NCBI GenBank assembly: GCA_963758495.1
Contig: CAVWVI010000004.1
Span: forward strand, 800,001 to 864,000
Source: Oligoflexia bacterium
Lineage (GTDB): Bacteria; Bdellovibrionota; UBA1018
Direction: 5' to 3'
Length of the DNA stretch: 64,000 nucleotides
The translations under genes and the position numbers were made by a program. Below are positions 31,999 to 43,145 of the stretch, piece after piece; position 1 is the first letter of the stretch; the number at the start of each line of letters is the position of its first letter. The notes beneath the pieces are model-generated. The model was given only the letters and a program-made list of their open reading frames with translations, was not told where the DNA came from and searched no databases.

Positions 31999-32703
31999 AT
32001 GCCCACCGTACACATTGCCCCATCGGGAGTTTTTGATTTAGTTTCTGAATCCGGATTAGTAGCTAAATTAGTGCTTTTTTTGTTACTGAGTATTTCAATA
32101 ACATGCTGGGCCATCATTGCAATTAAATGGAAAATTCTTCAACTAGCGCATTCACAAAATAAAAACTTCATTCATGCGTTCTGGAATGGAAAAAATATTG
32201 ATGAAATTTTAACCCAAAGTGAGCAATTTCCAAACTCCCCTGTCGCATCAGTTTTTAAATATGGTGTTAAGGAGCTTAGAAAATTGCAAACGGGACACGC
32301 AGACGCCTCTCCGACGAATTTCGAAAAAATTGAAAATATTTATCGAGCCCTCAATCGAGCCTCTACCTCTGAAATTTCAATTCTAGAAAAACATGTCGGT
32401 TGGCTAGCGACCACTGCAAGTGCCGCCCCCTTTATGGGCCTTTTTGGAACCGTTTGGGGAATCATGAACGCCTTTCAAAACATTGGGACAACTGGAGCTG
32501 CAAATCTCGCCATTGTTGCACCAGGCATCTCAGAAGCCCTGATCACCACCGCCGCGGGAATTGGTGTCGCCATACCGGCAGTAATCGCCTACAATTACTA
32601 TGTCGGCCAGATTAAAATAGTCGCGACTGACATTGAATGTTTTTCCCAAGATTTTATCAACATCATACAACGAAGCTTTTTAATTGGAAAAAAGGGAACA
32701 TAA
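31999..32703 (+). CDS. tolQ: TolQ
   Basis: LATTASAAPFMGLFGTVWGIM and VAPGISEALITTA. Confidence 0.95.
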   Translation: MPTVHIAPSGVFDLVSESGLVAKLVLFLLLSISITCWAIIAIKWKILQLAHSQNKNFIHAFWNGKNIDEILTQSEQFPNSPVASVFKYGVKELRKLQTGHADASPTNFEKIENIYRALNRASTSEISILEKHVGWLATTASAAPFMGLFGTVWGIMNAFQNIGTTGAANLAIVAPGISEALITTAAGIGVAIPAVIAYNYYVGQIKIVATDIECFSQDFINIIQRSFLIGKKGT

Positions 32704-32704
32704 C

Positions 32705-33157
32705 ATGAGTTTTGGAGGAATAAAATCAAACGGGAATAAATCTTCCAGCCTTTCTGCTCCAACCACTCTTGCTGAAATCAATGTCACACCTTTAGTTGAT
32801 GTGATGTTGGTATTGCTCATCGTGTTTATGATTTCAGCACCTCTGATGCAGCAAGGAATAAAAGTTGATTTACCTAAGACAAATGCTGGGTCATTAAATG
32901 AAGTCCCTGAACAACTCATTCTTACTGTGGATAAATCGCGGCAAATTTCCATTGCAAACCATGTGATCCAAAGTGGCACACTCTTTAAAAAGCTAGAAGC
33001 TATTGCTTCAGCAAAACCTGGCATTGAGATCGCTATTCAAGCTGATCAAAATGTTTCTTATGGTTATATTGCTCAGGTTATGGCGGAAGTAAAAAGAGCG
33101 GGAATTGTTCGAGTTGGCCTGGTGACCGAAGCCGGAAATACTCATTCTAATTTATGA
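32705..33157 (+). CDS. tolR: TolR/ExbD
   Basis: EINVTPLVDVMLVLLIVFMISAP. Confidence 0.95.
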   Translation: MSFGGIKSNGNKSSSLSAPTTLAEINVTPLVDVMLVLLIVFMISAPLMQQGIKVDLPKTNAGSLNEVPEQLILTVDKSRQISIANHVIQSGTLFKKLEAIASAKPGIEIAIQADQNVSYGYIAQVMAEVKRAGIVRVGLVTEAGNTHSNL

Positions 33158-33214
33158 ATCGTCAGAAACAGCAAAATCCATCTATGACGGTAAGCACTAA
33201 AGGAACTACTCGCC

Positions 33215-33991
33215 ATGAAGCAGGACGACCTCAAGTTAACTAAGGGACTAAAATGGTCTGTTTTTGGCCACGCCCTTCTTGCTTTACTTATTTTAGGAAA
33301 GAGACTCATCTTTCCAGATCAGGTCCAAATTTACATTCCCACTTTAAGAGTCGATCTCGTGGGACTGCCTGATATTTTAAAAAAAGACCTGAAGCCCTCA
33401 CAAAAGTCCCAATTCAATCAAGATATTGCACAGGTGCTTAAAAAGGCAGAGAGGGATGCAAATCGGATTAAAACCACCAAGCCTACTCCCATCAAGGAAT
33501 TAGCCAAGAAAGACGAGATGGTCTTAAAACCCAGCTTACAACATGACAAAACAGTTGAAAAAAGGAATCAGAAGGCATTAAATCGACTTAAAGCTCTCGC
33601 AAAAATTCAAGAATTCCGAGACAAAACAGATACTTCATCTGTGCAACATATCCTAATTAAAGGGAACCAGATTTCTCCCGGATTAAGTTTATCGGGGGAC
33701 GCCAAAGAGGCTTCAGAAGCTCACTATTATGATATCTTACGAGATCGGCTACTGGAGAACTGGACTCTGCCACCTTGGATTGGTCGACAGAATTTCGATG
33801 CACAGGTTCAAATTTATATTAATGCCCAGGGAAAACTTCAACGATTGAAGTTCTTAAAGCCTTCCGGTAGTTCTCAATTTGACAATTTAATCAAGAGAAC
33901 TATTGATCTTAGTCAGCCATTTCCCTTTCCACCTCAGGAATTAAAAACATCGCTGCTCACTCATGGAATTTTAATAGGATTTCCTTTATAG
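33215..33991 (+). CDS. tolA: TolA/TonB C-terminal domain protein
   Basis: N-terminal TM with S-x3-H, Lys-rich linker, NW.LP..SG...FD..PFP.PP. Lies between tolR and tolB. Confidence 0.85.
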   Translation: MKQDDLKLTKGLKWSVFGHALLALLILGKRLIFPDQVQIYIPTLRVDLVGLPDILKKDLKPSQKSQFNQDIAQVLKKAERDANRIKTTKPTPIKELAKKDEMVLKPSLQHDKTVEKRNQKALNRLKALAKIQEFRDKTDTSSVQHILIKGNQISPGLSLSGDAKEASEAHYYDILRDRLLENWTLPPWIGRQNFDAQVQIYINAQGKLQRLKFLKPSGSSQFDNLIKRTIDLSQPFPFPPQELKTSLLTHGILIGFPL

Positions 33992-34001
33992 TTTTAGATC
34001 A

Positions 34002-35366
34002 ATGACACTCACTAAAATCTTTTCGTTTGTAATTATTTTAATAACGTCTCTTTATAATTTGCCAGTTGGTAATGCAGCGACCAATTCAAATGCATACATT
34101 CCGATGGGGCCGGCCCGAACAAAAAAGACAGTCCTCGCATTTCCGATGATTCGCACCAAAAATCTAATTACCACGAAATTATCGAAAATCATCAATGACA
34201 CCGTACTGAGTGACTTGAGATTCATGGATATTTTTAACATTCTCAATTCTGCGGCTTTTATTGAAGACACCGCCACAGCGGGAATTATCCCTGAAAGCTT
34301 TAAATTTCCAGACTGGACTGGAATTGGCGTTGAATTTTTAATCAAGACCTCCCTCACCGAGAATCCAGATAAGATATTAGTATTTGAAACCCATCTTTAT
34401 GATACTCTAGGTGCCAAGCAGATTTTTTCAAAGAGCTACTTAGCTCCCCAAAAAGACATCAAACTCATTGCACACACCTTTGCAAATGACCTCATTCAAA
34501 CTCTCACTCAATTGCCTGGCATCTTCCTGACAAAAATCGCAATGTCTTGTGATTTGACCGGAAAAAAAGAAATTTACATGATGAATTTTGATGGAACTGA
34601 TGTCAAACAGGTCACCCACCATCGATCCATAGCATTTGCACCTGCTTGGAGTGTCGATGGAACACGCATCGCCTATTCTTTATTCACTCGACATCAAAAC
34701 AATATCAAAAATATCGATCTCTATGAATTCAACTTTACCACGAACACGGTGCATCTCCTTTCGAATCGCCGAGGAATTAATAGTGGCGCTGCCTATTCCC
34801 CAGATGGAAAAAAAGTTGCACTGACTCTGAGCTATTTGGGTAACCCTGAAATATTTTCCCTAGACCTCGGCTCCCATCAGGTGAAACAACTCACAAAATC
34901 TTTTGGGTTCGATGTAGACCCTACTTGGAGTTCAGATGGAGAAAACATTGCTTTTGTTTCCTCTCGAACCGGAGTACCTATGGTCTTCACAATGAAATCT
35001 GATGGCACCCAAGTACAAAGACTCACCTATGCTGGCCGATATAACGCTACACCCACGTGGTCTCCCCAGAAGAATAAAATCGGTTTTGCAGGTTGGATAG
35101 ATAAAAATTTTGATATCTTCATCATGAATCCCGATGGTACTAAAATTGAAAGACTCACAAAAGATCAGGGTGGCAATGAGGATCCCGTTTTTAGCCCTGA
35201 TGGTAATTTTATAGCTTTTAGTTCAAACCGAACCGGGCAGAAAAATATTTATGTCATGAATATAGATGGGTCATTCGTAAAAAGATTAACCTATGGACTC
35301 GGAAGTTGCGTCAGTCCCAAATGGTCAAATCCGCCTACGATAGGAACTTCGGATGTTCAACATTAA
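34002..35366 (+). CDS. tolB: TolB
   Basis: AHTFAND..GIF.TKIA and PD40 repeats (PAWS, YSPDG, PTWS, FSPDG). Confidence 0.93.
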   Translation: MTLTKIFSFVIILITSLYNLPVGNAATNSNAYIPMGPARTKKTVLAFPMIRTKNLITTKLSKIINDTVLSDLRFMDIFNILNSAAFIEDTATAGIIPESFKFPDWTGIGVEFLIKTSLTENPDKILVFETHLYDTLGAKQIFSKSYLAPQKDIKLIAHTFANDLIQTLTQLPGIFLTKIAMSCDLTGKKEIYMMNFDGTDVKQVTHHRSIAFAPAWSVDGTRIAYSLFTRHQNNIKNIDLYEFNFTTNTVHLLSNRRGINSGAAYSPDGKKVALTLSYLGNPEIFSLDLGSHQVKQLTKSFGFDVDPTWSSDGENIAFVSSRTGVPMVFTMKSDGTQVQRLTYAGRYNATPTWSPQKNKIGFAGWIDKNFDIFIMNPDGTKIERLTKDQGGNEDPVFSPDGNFIAFSSNRTGQKNIYVMNIDGSFVKRLTYGLGSCVSPKWSNPPTIGTSDVQH

Positions 35367-35685
35367 AGTCAATTCCAACCACGAAATCGATGAACGTCTT
35401 CGTCGTCGGTACCTGGATCGACTCAATAAAAGGATGAAAAAACTTCGAAAACTCATTGTGGAACGAAATTGGGAAGAATTAAGAATTGAATGTGGACAAC
35501 TCGCCAATAGTGGCGAAACCTTTGGATTTGAAAACCTGACTTCACTTGCAATCTCCACACAAGATGCAATTCCTTTGGGTAAGGTTTCTCGTGCCGCGAC
35601 GCCAACTCATGCCAAAGAAATGGCGGAGTCCCTGATTACCGCGATCGATGCAATCTTAATTGAGCATTCTGTATCTCGCACTTAA
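35353..35685 (+). CDS. Hpt-like helical protein lacking the phospho-acceptor His
   Basis: LRRRYLDR..WEELRIECGQLANSGETFGF resembles Hpt H-x-L-K-G-S-x-x-x-Y/F-G-F. Confidence 0.65.
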   Translation: MFNIKVNSNHEIDERLRRRYLDRLNKRMKKLRKLIVERNWEELRIECGQLANSGETFGFENLTSLAISTQDAIPLGKVSRAATPTHAKEMAESLITAIDAILIEHSVSRT

Positions 35686-35753
35686 CTAGCTTTTGCATCC
35701 ACTGAAATATTTGCTATAGAGAATGATCAAGGGATAAAAAAGGAGAACGTCTT

Positions 35754-37034
35754 ATGGCAAAAGAACGAGTGATGGTTATTAATGGGGCAAGAACGCCGTT
35801 CGTCCGTGCCCGTACAGTTTTTCAAAAATTACCACCCTCTACATTAGGTGGAGCCGTTCTTCGTGAGACGATCGCTCGATCTGACATAGATCCACAGCTG
35901 ATTGAGGAAGTCTATTTTGGAATCGTCAGTGCTCCGGCTGAAGGAACCAATATTGCTCGCGAAGCATTATTTGATTCAGGACTCCCTCCCACCATTCCTT
36001 GCACGACCATCAACCGATATTGTGCATCAGCAGCCGAAGCTGCTGCAGGAATCTCAGCGAAGATCCTTTCAGGTCAAATTGAAATTGGAGTGGCAGGAGG
36101 TGTAGAATCCATCAGCTCTGTTCGAGCCCTTTTTAGCCAAGAGGCCACAGATTTTTTTCAAGATTTCGCTAAAGCAAAAACACCCGCTCAAAAGCTGAGC
36201 CACCTCTCTCACTTTAAGCCTAATTTATTTATTCCTCATGCACCTGGAATTAAAGAACCAACTACAGGGCTCACCATGGGTGAATCAGCGGATCTCATGG
36301 CGCGAGAATTTAAAATTAGCCGTGAAGAACAAGATCAATATGCAGTAGATAGTCATCTCAAAGCACACAACGCCCGAGAGAGGGGCTTTTATAGTACCCA
36401 TGTCATTCCAGTAGGCACGCCTGCTGGTAAAGTCATTGATCGCGATACAGATATCCGTTCAGACACTTCTATCGAAAAGTTGGCAAAACTAAGACCTATT
36501 TTCTATAAAGATGGAACGATTACCGCTGGCAATGCAAGTCCCTTAACCGATGGCGCTGCTTCCGTATTGCTTATGAGCGAATCTAAAGCGAATGAACTTA
36601 AAATGAAGCCCTTGGGAGTCATTCGAAGTGTCGCTTCTGCGGCAGTGGATATTAAAAAGGAACCTCTTCTGATTGGACCTGCATTCGCTATCCCCCGTGC
36701 ACTCAAGCAAGCTGGGGTTCGATGGGAAGATATTGACCTCATTGAAATGCATGAAGCATTTGCAGCCCAAGTTTTAAGCACCATTCGAGCACTTGAGTCC
36801 AAAACCTGGGCGAAGGAAAAATTGGGGATGGATCATGCGATTGGACAAGTAGATCGCTCTAAACTCAACGTAAATGGCGGCAGCATTCCCTTGGGACACC
36901 CTTTTGGGGCTACGGGCGCCAGAATGATTCTTCAAGCCTTGCACGAATTACGAGCACGAAAAAAGAATCTTGGGCTGATCTCTATTTGCGCTGCAAGCGG
37001 AATAGGCTTAGCGATGGTTGTAGAAGCAATATAA
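35754..37034 (+). CDS. Acetyl-CoA C-acyltransferase (thiolase, FadI-like)
   Basis: NRYCAS, GGVES, TAGNASPLTDGA, HEAFAAQ, GHPFGATG and C-terminal ICAA. Confidence 0.95.
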   Translation: MAKERVMVINGARTPFVRARTVFQKLPPSTLGGAVLRETIARSDIDPQLIEEVYFGIVSAPAEGTNIAREALFDSGLPPTIPCTTINRYCASAAEAAAGISAKILSGQIEIGVAGGVESISSVRALFSQEATDFFQDFAKAKTPAQKLSHLSHFKPNLFIPHAPGIKEPTTGLTMGESADLMAREFKISREEQDQYAVDSHLKAHNARERGFYSTHVIPVGTPAGKVIDRDTDIRSDTSIEKLAKLRPIFYKDGTITAGNASPLTDGAASVLLMSESKANELKMKPLGVIRSVASAAVDIKKEPLLIGPAFAIPRALKQAGVRWEDIDLIEMHEAFAAQVLSTIRALESKTWAKEKLGMDHAIGQVDRSKLNVNGGSIPLGHPFGATGARMILQALHELRARKKNLGLISICAASGIGLAMVVEAI

Positions 37035-37291
37035 GCACTGTAAGGAGCCTTGTTGCGCCGGGAATCTAAATCTTTTATTGTGCGCCTGTCACGAAGGACG
37101 AGTTTAAGTTAAACCATCATGATGACATCGCTTTTGTGATAACTTGATAATGAGTGGGTTCAGATCGCCACTTTACCTTGATGAATATATGAATTCTTTA
37201 TGGTTTTTTGCAATTCATCCTTCGTGGCAGGCGCACAATGAAATCTTTACGGCGCAACAAGGCTCCTTACAGTTCTTATCAACAACCCTAA
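37032..37291. repeat. Palindromic dispersed repeat (REP/MITE-like), interrupted by an inner element
   Basis: Arms TAAGCACTGTAAGGAGCCTTGTTGCGCCG / CGGCGCAACAAGGCTCCTTACAGTTCTTA; homologous to 58860-58937 and 61684-61706. Confidence 0.9.
37076..37240. mobile_element. 165-bp non-autonomous IS derivative (MITE)
   Basis: 29-bp imperfect terminal inverted repeats (25/29) and flanking direct repeat AAATCTTT at 37068-37075 and 37241-37248. Confidence 0.85.
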
Positions 37292-37529
37292 GGAACTGCT
37301 TCCAAGTGATCTAAATGCTTTCAGTTTAGCAAACTAAAGCCTGTGTAAGCTAAAATTCGACACGATTTCAAGCCACTTATTACTGTACTTTATTAATCAA
37401 GAATATTCTTGACACGACCCTGTAAAAAATATACTATTTCGCACATCTTTTGATAAGAAAGATCAGGAGCCTTCAAATATTACTCATTGCAATGAGCTGA
37501 AGACGAAAAGTAAAGGGATTCGAACACAA

Positions 37530-39170
37530 ATGTTAAAAGGATCAGTAAACCTCCATAAACAAGTCACTCAACTGAGACTTCTGAGTGAATTATCATCTAA
37601 GCTACAAGGCCTATTTGAATCCACAAACTTTTATCAAGAAATCGTCAATATTATTCAAAGCAAATTAAATTATTCATGTATTCAAATCTGGAGTGTAGGA
37701 AATGACCTACAATACACGATCAGAGCCCAGGCTGGAGAATTTAAACCCCACCTGAGAATAGGTCATACTCTTTCCAGTGCCGAAGGGGTGATGGATATCG
37801 TCATCCGTAACAAAAAGAGTTACCTTACGAACAATCTCTGTACTGCACCCAGAGAAGCAAACTCCGACCTCCCTTTGAATTTTTTATCAGAGCTTTGTGT
37901 TCCTATTATTCAAGACAGTGAAGTCATTGCGCTTATGAATATTGGGAGCAATGAATCTCATGCCTTCAATGAAGAAGATCAACTCACATTAGAGGCTGTC
38001 GTTGCTCAAATTGCTGTATCCATTACAAATCAAAAGCTTTACAATGAAGCTAAAAGCTTCAATAAAGTACTTCAACAAGCAGTTGAAGAAAAAACGCTTG
38101 AGCTCCGGCGAGCTCATGAACGTATCTTAGAACAACAACATTTACTCCAAAAAGAGAATAAAGCACTCAAAACATTAGTGAACCAAGATAATAAGACCTT
38201 AGATATTATAGGAAAGAGTCCTGCCATCTTAGGAGTTCTCTCTATGGTAGATAAGATTGCTCCCACTACTGCGACTGTATTAATTCAAGGAGAAAGCGGT
38301 ACGGGCAAAGAACTTATTGCACGTAGGCTGCATTTAAAAAGTGATCGAACTCACTCGCCTTACATTACTGTCAATTGTGGTGCCCTTCAGGAATCATTAC
38401 TCGAATCTGAGTTATTCGGACACGAAAAAGGATCATTCACAGGAGCTGTGAATCAAAAACCGGGACTTTGTGAAATTGCAAATGAAGGCACTCTTTTCTT
38501 AGATGAAATTGGTGAAATGTCTTTGGGGATTCAAGCAAAAGTCTTACGATTCCTTCAAGAAGGCGAATTTTACCGAATTGGAGGAAAACGGCCTATTCGA
38601 GTCAAAGTCCGCGTCATTAGTGCAACCAATCGTGATTTAGAAAAACAAATGAAAGAGAATCGTTTTAGAGAAGATCTCTTTTATCGTTTAAATACAATCA
38701 CTCTCCGAATGCCTCCTCTCAGAAAACGCAAAGAAGACATCCCTGCTTTAATTGATTTTTTCTTAAAAACTTCTCGTTTTGGCAATTCAACGCAACAAAT
38801 TAAACGAATTGATCCACGAGTCATCGAAGTATTTTCGAATTACAGTTGGCCAGGCAACATAAGAGAATTACAGAACGTCATCGAACGACTTAAAATTCTA
38901 GCAGACAATAATGAAATCCGTCTTGAGGATATTCCTTTTACCATTCGGATTCCTAAAGCTCGAACGGAAACGAATGATTTCACCTTGGATATGCCGCTTG
39001 AGGAAGTCGAAAAAAGCCACATCTTAAGAACGCTCGCATATAATCATGACAATAAAACTAAAACGGCACAAACCTTGGGAATAACTATTAAGACACTCTA
39101 TAATAAGCTTCATCGGTATGGAATATTGCAGACACAACTTCCATCAGAAGATTTGGACCTAACGAAATAA
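37530..39170 (+). CDS. Sigma54-dependent activator (GAF + AAA+ + Fis HTH)
   Basis: SELCVPI GAF, GESGTGKE, ELFGHEKGSFTGA, FLDEIGE, WPGNIREL and C-terminal HTH. Confidence 0.95.
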   Translation: MLKGSVNLHKQVTQLRLLSELSSKLQGLFESTNFYQEIVNIIQSKLNYSCIQIWSVGNDLQYTIRAQAGEFKPHLRIGHTLSSAEGVMDIVIRNKKSYLTNNLCTAPREANSDLPLNFLSELCVPIIQDSEVIALMNIGSNESHAFNEEDQLTLEAVVAQIAVSITNQKLYNEAKSFNKVLQQAVEEKTLELRRAHERILEQQHLLQKENKALKTLVNQDNKTLDIIGKSPAILGVLSMVDKIAPTTATVLIQGESGTGKELIARRLHLKSDRTHSPYITVNCGALQESLLESELFGHEKGSFTGAVNQKPGLCEIANEGTLFLDEIGEMSLGIQAKVLRFLQEGEFYRIGGKRPIRVKVRVISATNRDLEKQMKENRFREDLFYRLNTITLRMPPLRKRKEDIPALIDFFLKTSRFGNSTQQIKRIDPRVIEVFSNYSWPGNIRELQNVIERLKILADNNEIRLEDIPFTIRIPKARTETNDFTLDMPLEEVEKSHILRTLAYNHDNKTKTAQTLGITIKTLYNKLHRYGILQTQLPSEDLDLTK

Positions 39171-39198
39171 CCCCCTGACCTAAGAGAAGGAAGACTAT

Positions 39199-39618
39199 AT
39201 GACGACTAAAACCAAAAAAGAATCTACCAAGAAAACAGCGACGGCTGCTGCTACCGGAGGAGTCACAAAGCCTGAGAAAAAGGGTCTTAAAATGGCCGAG
39301 ACAGCTCCTGAAGAGAGCATTGAGACTGAGGTGCCTTCTTTAGAAGATACTGAAGAACTTGAAGAACAAGCAGAAGCCGCTGCTGCAGAATCCTCCAGCC
39401 AAAACGGCAATGCTGCTGCATTGGCAGCCGCTGCAGGGAACCCTATCGAGATGTCCGCTTCATTTAAGAACTTTCGACATCATCCAGATATGGAAAATTT
39501 TTATCGATTTATTTATGAAAATGATCTTCGCCATGAAGCGTTAGCTATCATTGATGAAATCATGGTTGAAAAGCAAGAGCGGAGATTAGCTAAAGGTCCT
39601 AAAACACAGGCCCATTAA
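39199..39618 (+). CDS. Hypothetical protein with disordered acidic N-terminus and compact C-terminal domain
   Basis: RBS GAAGGAAG. The C-terminal KNFRHHPDMENFYRFIYENDLR resembles a conserved Bdellovibrio hypothetical protein (recollection, unverified). Confidence 0.8.
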   Translation: MTTKTKKESTKKTATAAATGGVTKPEKKGLKMAETAPEESIETEVPSLEDTEELEEQAEAAAAESSSQNGNAAALAAAAGNPIEMSASFKNFRHHPDMENFYRFIYENDLRHEALAIIDEIMVEKQERRLAKGPKTQAH

Positions 39619-39696
39619 ATCGGCTCTGCATTTAGCATTTAGATCTGTGAATACTGGATCAGGTCTGATAGCAAATTGTTTGGGGTGCTCATTAAT

Positions 39697-40839
39697 ATGA
39701 AAAAGAACTATCTCTTAACTCCTGGACCTACGCCTATTCCAGAGTCGGTGATTTCAGTTTTTGCACAGCCGATCATTCACCATAGAACTCCTGCCTTTCA
39801 AACCTTATTTGAAGAGGTCCGCGCCGGTTTGAAATACCTCTTTCAAACACGCCAAGAGGTGATTCTACTTTCGTCCAGTGGCACCGGAGCTATGGAAGCA
39901 TCTATCTCCAATCTCTTTAATCCAGGAGATGAGGTCATTACCGTAAACGGCGGTAAATTTGGTGAACGGTGGACAAAGATTGCAAAAACTTATGGGCTCA
40001 CTCCTCGAGAGCTCCTATTAAATGCAGGGGACGCTCTTGAACCTCAACAATTAGATAAAATCGTACGCGCTCATCCTCACGCAAAAGCGATTCTTTTTCA
40101 GGCCTCTGAAACTTCAACAGGTGTCCAGATGCCTACTCGCGAAATTTGCAAAATCGCGAAAGCCGCAGGAATGCTTTCAGTTTGTGACGGCATCACCGCT
40201 TGCGGTGTCTCAGATCTCCCTATGGATGACTGGGAAATCGATGTGCTCTTAACAGGCTCACAAAAAGCGCTCATGATTCCTCCTGGCCTCGCCATGATTG
40301 CCCTGAGTGACCGCGCTTGGGCTGCATGTGAAACCGCAACTCTACCACGGTTTTATTTCGACTTAAGAAAAGAGAGAAAAGCTGTAGTTAAAAATCAAAC
40401 TGCCTGGACGCCTGCAATTTCCTTGATTCAAGGGCTTCAAGAAAGCTTGCGGCTCATTCGAGAAGAAGGTCTTCAAAATACTTTTAAACGTCATGATCTT
40501 TTGGCACGAGCCACCCGAAATGCCGTACACGCTTTGGGAATGGAAATTCTTGCTAAAAAATCACCTTCAACCTCAGTCACCGCTGTCTTGGTCCCTAGCA
40601 GCATCAAGGACGGTAAACAAATTCCTAAACTCATGCGAGATAAATATGGAGTGACCATTGCAGGAGGACAGGATGAACTAGAAGATAAAATTTTTAGGCT
40701 TTCACATTTTGGTTATTGTGATCGATTTGATATTACTACTGGAATTTCTGCATTAGAACTCACATTAAATGATCTTAAATATTCAGTAGAATTTGGAAAA
40801 GGCGTCGGAGCCGTATTACGAACATTTTCAGAAGGATAA
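39697..40839 (+). CDS. Class V PLP aminotransferase (serine-pyruvate/alanine-glyoxylate type)
   Basis: LLTPGPT, SGTGAME, ETSTG and GSQKALMIPPG. Confidence 0.93.
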   Translation: MKKNYLLTPGPTPIPESVISVFAQPIIHHRTPAFQTLFEEVRAGLKYLFQTRQEVILLSSSGTGAMEASISNLFNPGDEVITVNGGKFGERWTKIAKTYGLTPRELLLNAGDALEPQQLDKIVRAHPHAKAILFQASETSTGVQMPTREICKIAKAAGMLSVCDGITACGVSDLPMDDWEIDVLLTGSQKALMIPPGLAMIALSDRAWAACETATLPRFYFDLRKERKAVVKNQTAWTPAISLIQGLQESLRLIREEGLQNTFKRHDLLARATRNAVHALGMEILAKKSPSTSVTAVLVPSSIKDGKQIPKLMRDKYGVTIAGGQDELEDKIFRLSHFGYCDRFDITTGISALELTLNDLKYSVEFGKGVGAVLRTFSEG

Positions 40840-42159
<1,320 letters not shown>

Positions 42160-42225
42160 GTCGCTTTTTAAGTCGAGTTTACTTGCACTCAGATCAACTC
42201 TTTGGTAACTGAGTTCCTCATAAGT

Positions 42226-42301
42226 GAGTCCATAGCTCAGTTGGTAGAGCAATACACTTTTAATGTATGGGTCGATGGTTCGAATCCATCTGGACTCACC
42301 A
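42226..42301 (+). tRNA. tRNA-Lys(UUU)
   Basis: GAGTCCA/TGGACTC acceptor stem, AGCTCAGTTGGTAGAGC D arm, ATACA-CTTTTAA-TGTAT anticodon arm, GGTTCGAATCC and encoded CCA. Confidence 0.97.
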
Positions 42302-42354
42302 CTTATTAAGAATTTTCTTGAATCATAGGCATTCTATGCAATGATTCATCCTAA

Positions 42355-42735
42355 ATGAACTCAAATCAGAAAAAGTCAGGTACTTTTCACAAATCTCTAT
42401 CGGCCATAGTTGCCGCTTTGTTTTTATTCTCAGCATGTTCGAGCACCACCATGATTCGAAGCACAGATCCAAAAGCTAAAATCTTCATAGACGGGGAGTA
42501 TGTTGGCACAGGATCCGTACCCCATTCAGATCAAAAAATTATTGGTTCACCTACTTATGTAAAACTCGAGCGTCCCGGATGCCAAACTGATGCACATATT
42601 TTTTCCAGAAATGAAGAATTTGATGTAGGAGCTTGTATCGGTGGAGTATTTCTCCTTGTTCCTCTTCTCTGGATTCAAAAATACAAACCGGAGCATGTTT
42701 ATGATTATACATGCAAACCGACTCACGAAAAGTGA
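42355..42735 (+). CDS. PEGA-domain lipoprotein
   Basis: Lipobox FSAC and IRSTDPKAKIFIDGEYVG. Confidence 0.8.
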   Translation: MNSNQKKSGTFHKSLSAIVAALFLFSACSSTTMIRSTDPKAKIFIDGEYVGTGSVPHSDQKIIGSPTYVKLERPGCQTDAHIFSRNEEFDVGACIGGVFLLVPLLWIQKYKPEHVYDYTCKPTHEK

Positions 42736-43145
42736 ACCTCCAGGCTTTCGCCCACTGGAAACCGCTTCCTTTGCTATCTGGAGCTGCTCTCTTTTTTAGC
42801 TTAGCTTGCTCAACAACGTTTCCTTTGGCCACCTTAAAAAGCGGTATCGATAGCCAATATCAATTGGCACGCTGGCAGAAAAAGGGGGATTTTGTAAAAA
42901 GCCCAGGAATACGATTTTATCAAACTATTTTAAGGCTGAGCTTAGGGAGTCATTGCTCACTTTTTCCTAATGACTCGGCATGGAGTCAAGCAACCCATCT
43001 TCGCTGTGGGGCGGGAATCGCCCTATTTAAATCCATGGCAAGATTTTACTTAGAACCCGATGCACCCCGATTAGGACTTCCCATCATCGAGCAGAAAGGA
43101 GCCTTGCTCCGTGAAGACCTTCCAAATCGCTGTAATTTACTTTAG
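42732..43145 (+). CDS. Divergent YidD-like (membrane insertion efficiency factor / haemolytic domain) protein
   Basis: IRFYQ..L....G..C.LFP..S.W pattern. GTG start overlaps the upstream TGA; lipobox-like SLAC. Confidence 0.55.
   Translation: MNLQAFAHWKPLPLLSGAALFFSLACSTTFPLATLKSGIDSQYQLARWQKKGDFVKSPGIRFYQTILRLSLGSHCSLFPNDSAWSQATHLRCGAGIALFKSMARFYLEPDAPRLGLPIIEQKGALLREDLPNRCNLL

Noticed and set aside
33154..33243. Frameshifted 5' extension of tolA from the ATG overlapping the tolR stop
   Set aside because: ATG 33215 has its own AAGGAA RBS and gives a normal N-terminal TM.
37076..37240. Group II intron fragment (GTGCG near the end)
   Set aside because: GTGCG lies within terminal inverted repeats flanked by a target duplication. 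No domain V or RT is present.
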